A DNA stretch of 64,000 bases. Origin: Dehalococcoidia bacterium. GTDB taxonomy: Bacteria; Chloroflexota; Dehalococcoidia; Lucifugimonadales; VXLM01. The translations under genes and the position numbers were made by a program. The notes under the pieces were generated by a model, which searched no databases, was not told the DNA's origin, and worked only from the letters and a program-made list of their open reading frames with translations. Below are positions 62,389 to 64,000 of this stretch, in pieces; position 1 is the first letter of the stretch, and every line of letters starts with the position of its first letter. Where the stretch lies: contig DAOUKG010000017.1 of the NCBI GenBank assembly GCA_034421575.1, forward strand, positions 19,886 to 83,885, in the 5' to 3' direction.

Positions 62389-64000
62389 TTACCCCGATGT
62401 CAGCGGGATTATTCTTCGATGTCCGTCTTCTGCGAGGTCCGGCGCGGTGTTCTCGAACTTCGGCAGGCGGATCCACTCGCCCGTCCGTCGCACGTCCACG
62501 CGCGTCGCCGCCCAGGCCAGCGCCCCGGTCTCCGAGTCCGTGACCGGCGAGAGTATCGACAGCACGTTCGCGCCCCGGTCCTTGGCGTACCGTCCGCCTC
62601 CCTTGTGGCCCTGTCCGACAGGTATCGCCACAACGTCGGGCGATATCCCCGGATGAGGATAGGCGAGGGCCTCGATGGAACCGTGCTCCGAGGACACTTC
62701 AACGACGTCGCCCTCCTTGATGCCCATCTCCTCGGCCTTCTTCAAATTGATTTCGACCCACGTCTGCCATGTTGCCGTCGTGATCGGGTCGGGCGTGGCC
62801 TGCAGCCACGGAAGGTCTGCGCCCCTGCCGTCCGTCAACCCGGTCGTCTCGAACGGTATCAAGTGGAAATTCCCGCCGCCGCGCGATGACGGCGCTTGAG
62901 CGGCGGTCGGGAACGAGTAGGTCGGGCTGGGGTCTCCCCCGTCGTAGGTCTCATTGATGTCCCACCAGCCGCCGCGCTGAAGGACGGTATTCCAAAACAG
63001 CTTGGCATTTGCGGCCTGTACCGACCCCCGTCCCATGTCCTGCAGCCGGGAGGCGTCGTTCTCGATCAGCTCCTTGAAGTTGTCGGCGTCGAGACCGAGG
63101 TCCTTCTCAAGCACCTGCGCCATTGCCATCAGCACGTCGCCGAGGTTCTTGGTCCCAAGATGGGGGCCTCTCGGCTCGAAGAACGGACGGACGACAGGCT
63201 GCTGGAATCCAATCGTCTGGTAGCCGGGGCCGGGATCGGGTATGTCAGTTCCCCAGTCTTCGAGGTAGTGGTTCTCCGGCAGGATGATGTCGGCCATCAT
63301 CGTCGTGTCGTCGAAGTGGTTCGAGAAGCTGACGATGAGCGGCACATTGAAGCTGGCCTGTTTGATCGCAATGTTCTCCGGGAGGCCGTAGAAGGGGTCG
63401 GCGTTGCGTACCAGCAGCGCCTTGACCTGCCCTGCGGACATCCTGCCTGCGAGGCTGTGGAAGTCCGAGAACGACGTTGCGTCCGGCGCAGTCGGAAGGT
63501 CGGCAATGGGCGGAGCCGGATTGAAGATGACCCCCCCCTCTTTGCCCACGCTTCCCGACAAATAGTTCAGTGCATAGATGGCGTTCAAATTGAACAGGCC
63601 GTTGGAATGCGCTCCGGCCGAGCCGCCTCCGATGGCGAGACCCGGCGGGTGCTCCAGGAAGTCGCGCGCTATCCTGACTATCTTCTCCGGCGCGACCCCG
63701 GCCCTGCTTCCGACGGCATCCGGCGTGAACTGCTGCAGACGGTTGGAACCGTCTCGCGTCAGAGCTTGGAGACCTGGCGAATTCGGCAGGCCGGCGGTGA
63801 TCATGACGTTCGCTATGGCCAACGCCACTTCGCCCTCATACCCGGGCTTGACGTAGACCCACTCATCGGCGTTCGCCGCGGTCATCGAGAAGCGGGAGTC
63901 GAAGTGCACGAGCTTCCCGCGCTTCCTGCCCTCGCCCTGCCTGAAGTGGCCGTAGCCCCTTGCATACCGGACGGAGGAACCCCACGTGTTCAGGAAGTCC
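62389..64000 (-). CDS. molybdopterin-oxidoreductase-family large subunit (ActB1-like), 5' end outside the window
   Basis: My translation stays open from 63909 up to the window edge (DFLNTWGSSVRYARGYGHFRQGEGRKRGKLVHFDSRF...). The C-terminal barrel motif is TWVEINLKKAEEMGIKEGDVVEVSSEHGSIEA. Confidence 0.8.
   Translation of the reverse strand, partial: DFLNTWGSSVRYARGYGHFRQGEGRKRGKLVHFDSRFSMTAANADEWVYVKPGYEGEVALAIANVMITAGLPNSPGLQALTRDGSNRLQQFTPDAVGSRAGVAPEKIVRIARDFLEHPPGLAIGGGSAGAHSNGLFNLNAIYALNYLSGSVGKEGGVIFNPAPPIADLPTAPDATSFSDFHSLAGRMSAGQVKALLVRNADPFYGLPENIAIKQASFNVPLIVSFSNHFDDTTMMADIILPENHYLEDWGTDIPDPGPGYQTIGFQQPVVRPFFEPRGPHLGTKNLGDVLMAMAQVLEKDLGLDADNFKELIENDASRLQDMGRGSVQAANAKLFWNTVLQRGGWWDINETYDGGDPSPTYSFPTAAQAPSSRGGGNFHLIPFETTGLTDGRGADLPWLQATPDPITTATWQTWVEINLKKAEEMGIKEGDVVEVSSEHGSIEALAYPHPGISPDVVAIPVGQGHKGGGRYAKDRGANVLSILSPVTDSETGALAWAATRVDVRRTGEWIRLPKFENTAPDLAEDGHRRIIPLTSG

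Overview
This is a high-GC (by eye about 60-65%) bacterial chromosomal segment with about 58 protein-coding genes. I could not recognise any rRNA, tRNA, CRISPR array, transposase or integrase.

Housekeeping backbone:
- galU and panE
- tig-clpP-clpP-clpX
- xseA/xseB, efp and aroQ
- dnaX-ybaB-recR-recO and ybeY
- an AddB/AddA-like helicase-nuclease pair followed by a Mre11/Rad50-like (YhaO/YhaN-type) pair
- a DtxR-family regulator next to a carbamoyltransferase flanked by two tiny membrane ORFs
- the distal part of an alternative-complex-III-like respiratory operon that runs off the right edge

Accessory content:
- four toxin-antitoxin loci: two PIN pairs, HigBA, and one orphan antidote whose toxin has lost its 5' end
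- a lower-GC HNH-nuclease ORF lying between two fragments of a DNA methyltransferase
- a secreted protein with three cohesin-like domains and Pro/Thr linkers
- a Ser/Thr-kinase/AAA fusion
- a two-gene hypothetical cassette

The most unusual signal is non-coding. Nearly every intergenic spacer is filled with mosaic hairpin repeats. Within them I can delimit a MITE-like family of 8 copies with terminal inverted repeats GTAACTGTTCAG.... Three copies have perfect 8-bp target-site duplications and one has 7/8.

Other non-coding findings:
- a second ~130-150-nt element with 3 copies, which brackets one gene and abuts the truncated toxin
- nested module-in-module insertions
- short elements carrying heptamers phased at exactly 10 bp

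The lineage guess (Chloroflexota-like) is inference only. All protein calls come from motif recognition by eye in the supplied translations. No database search was run.
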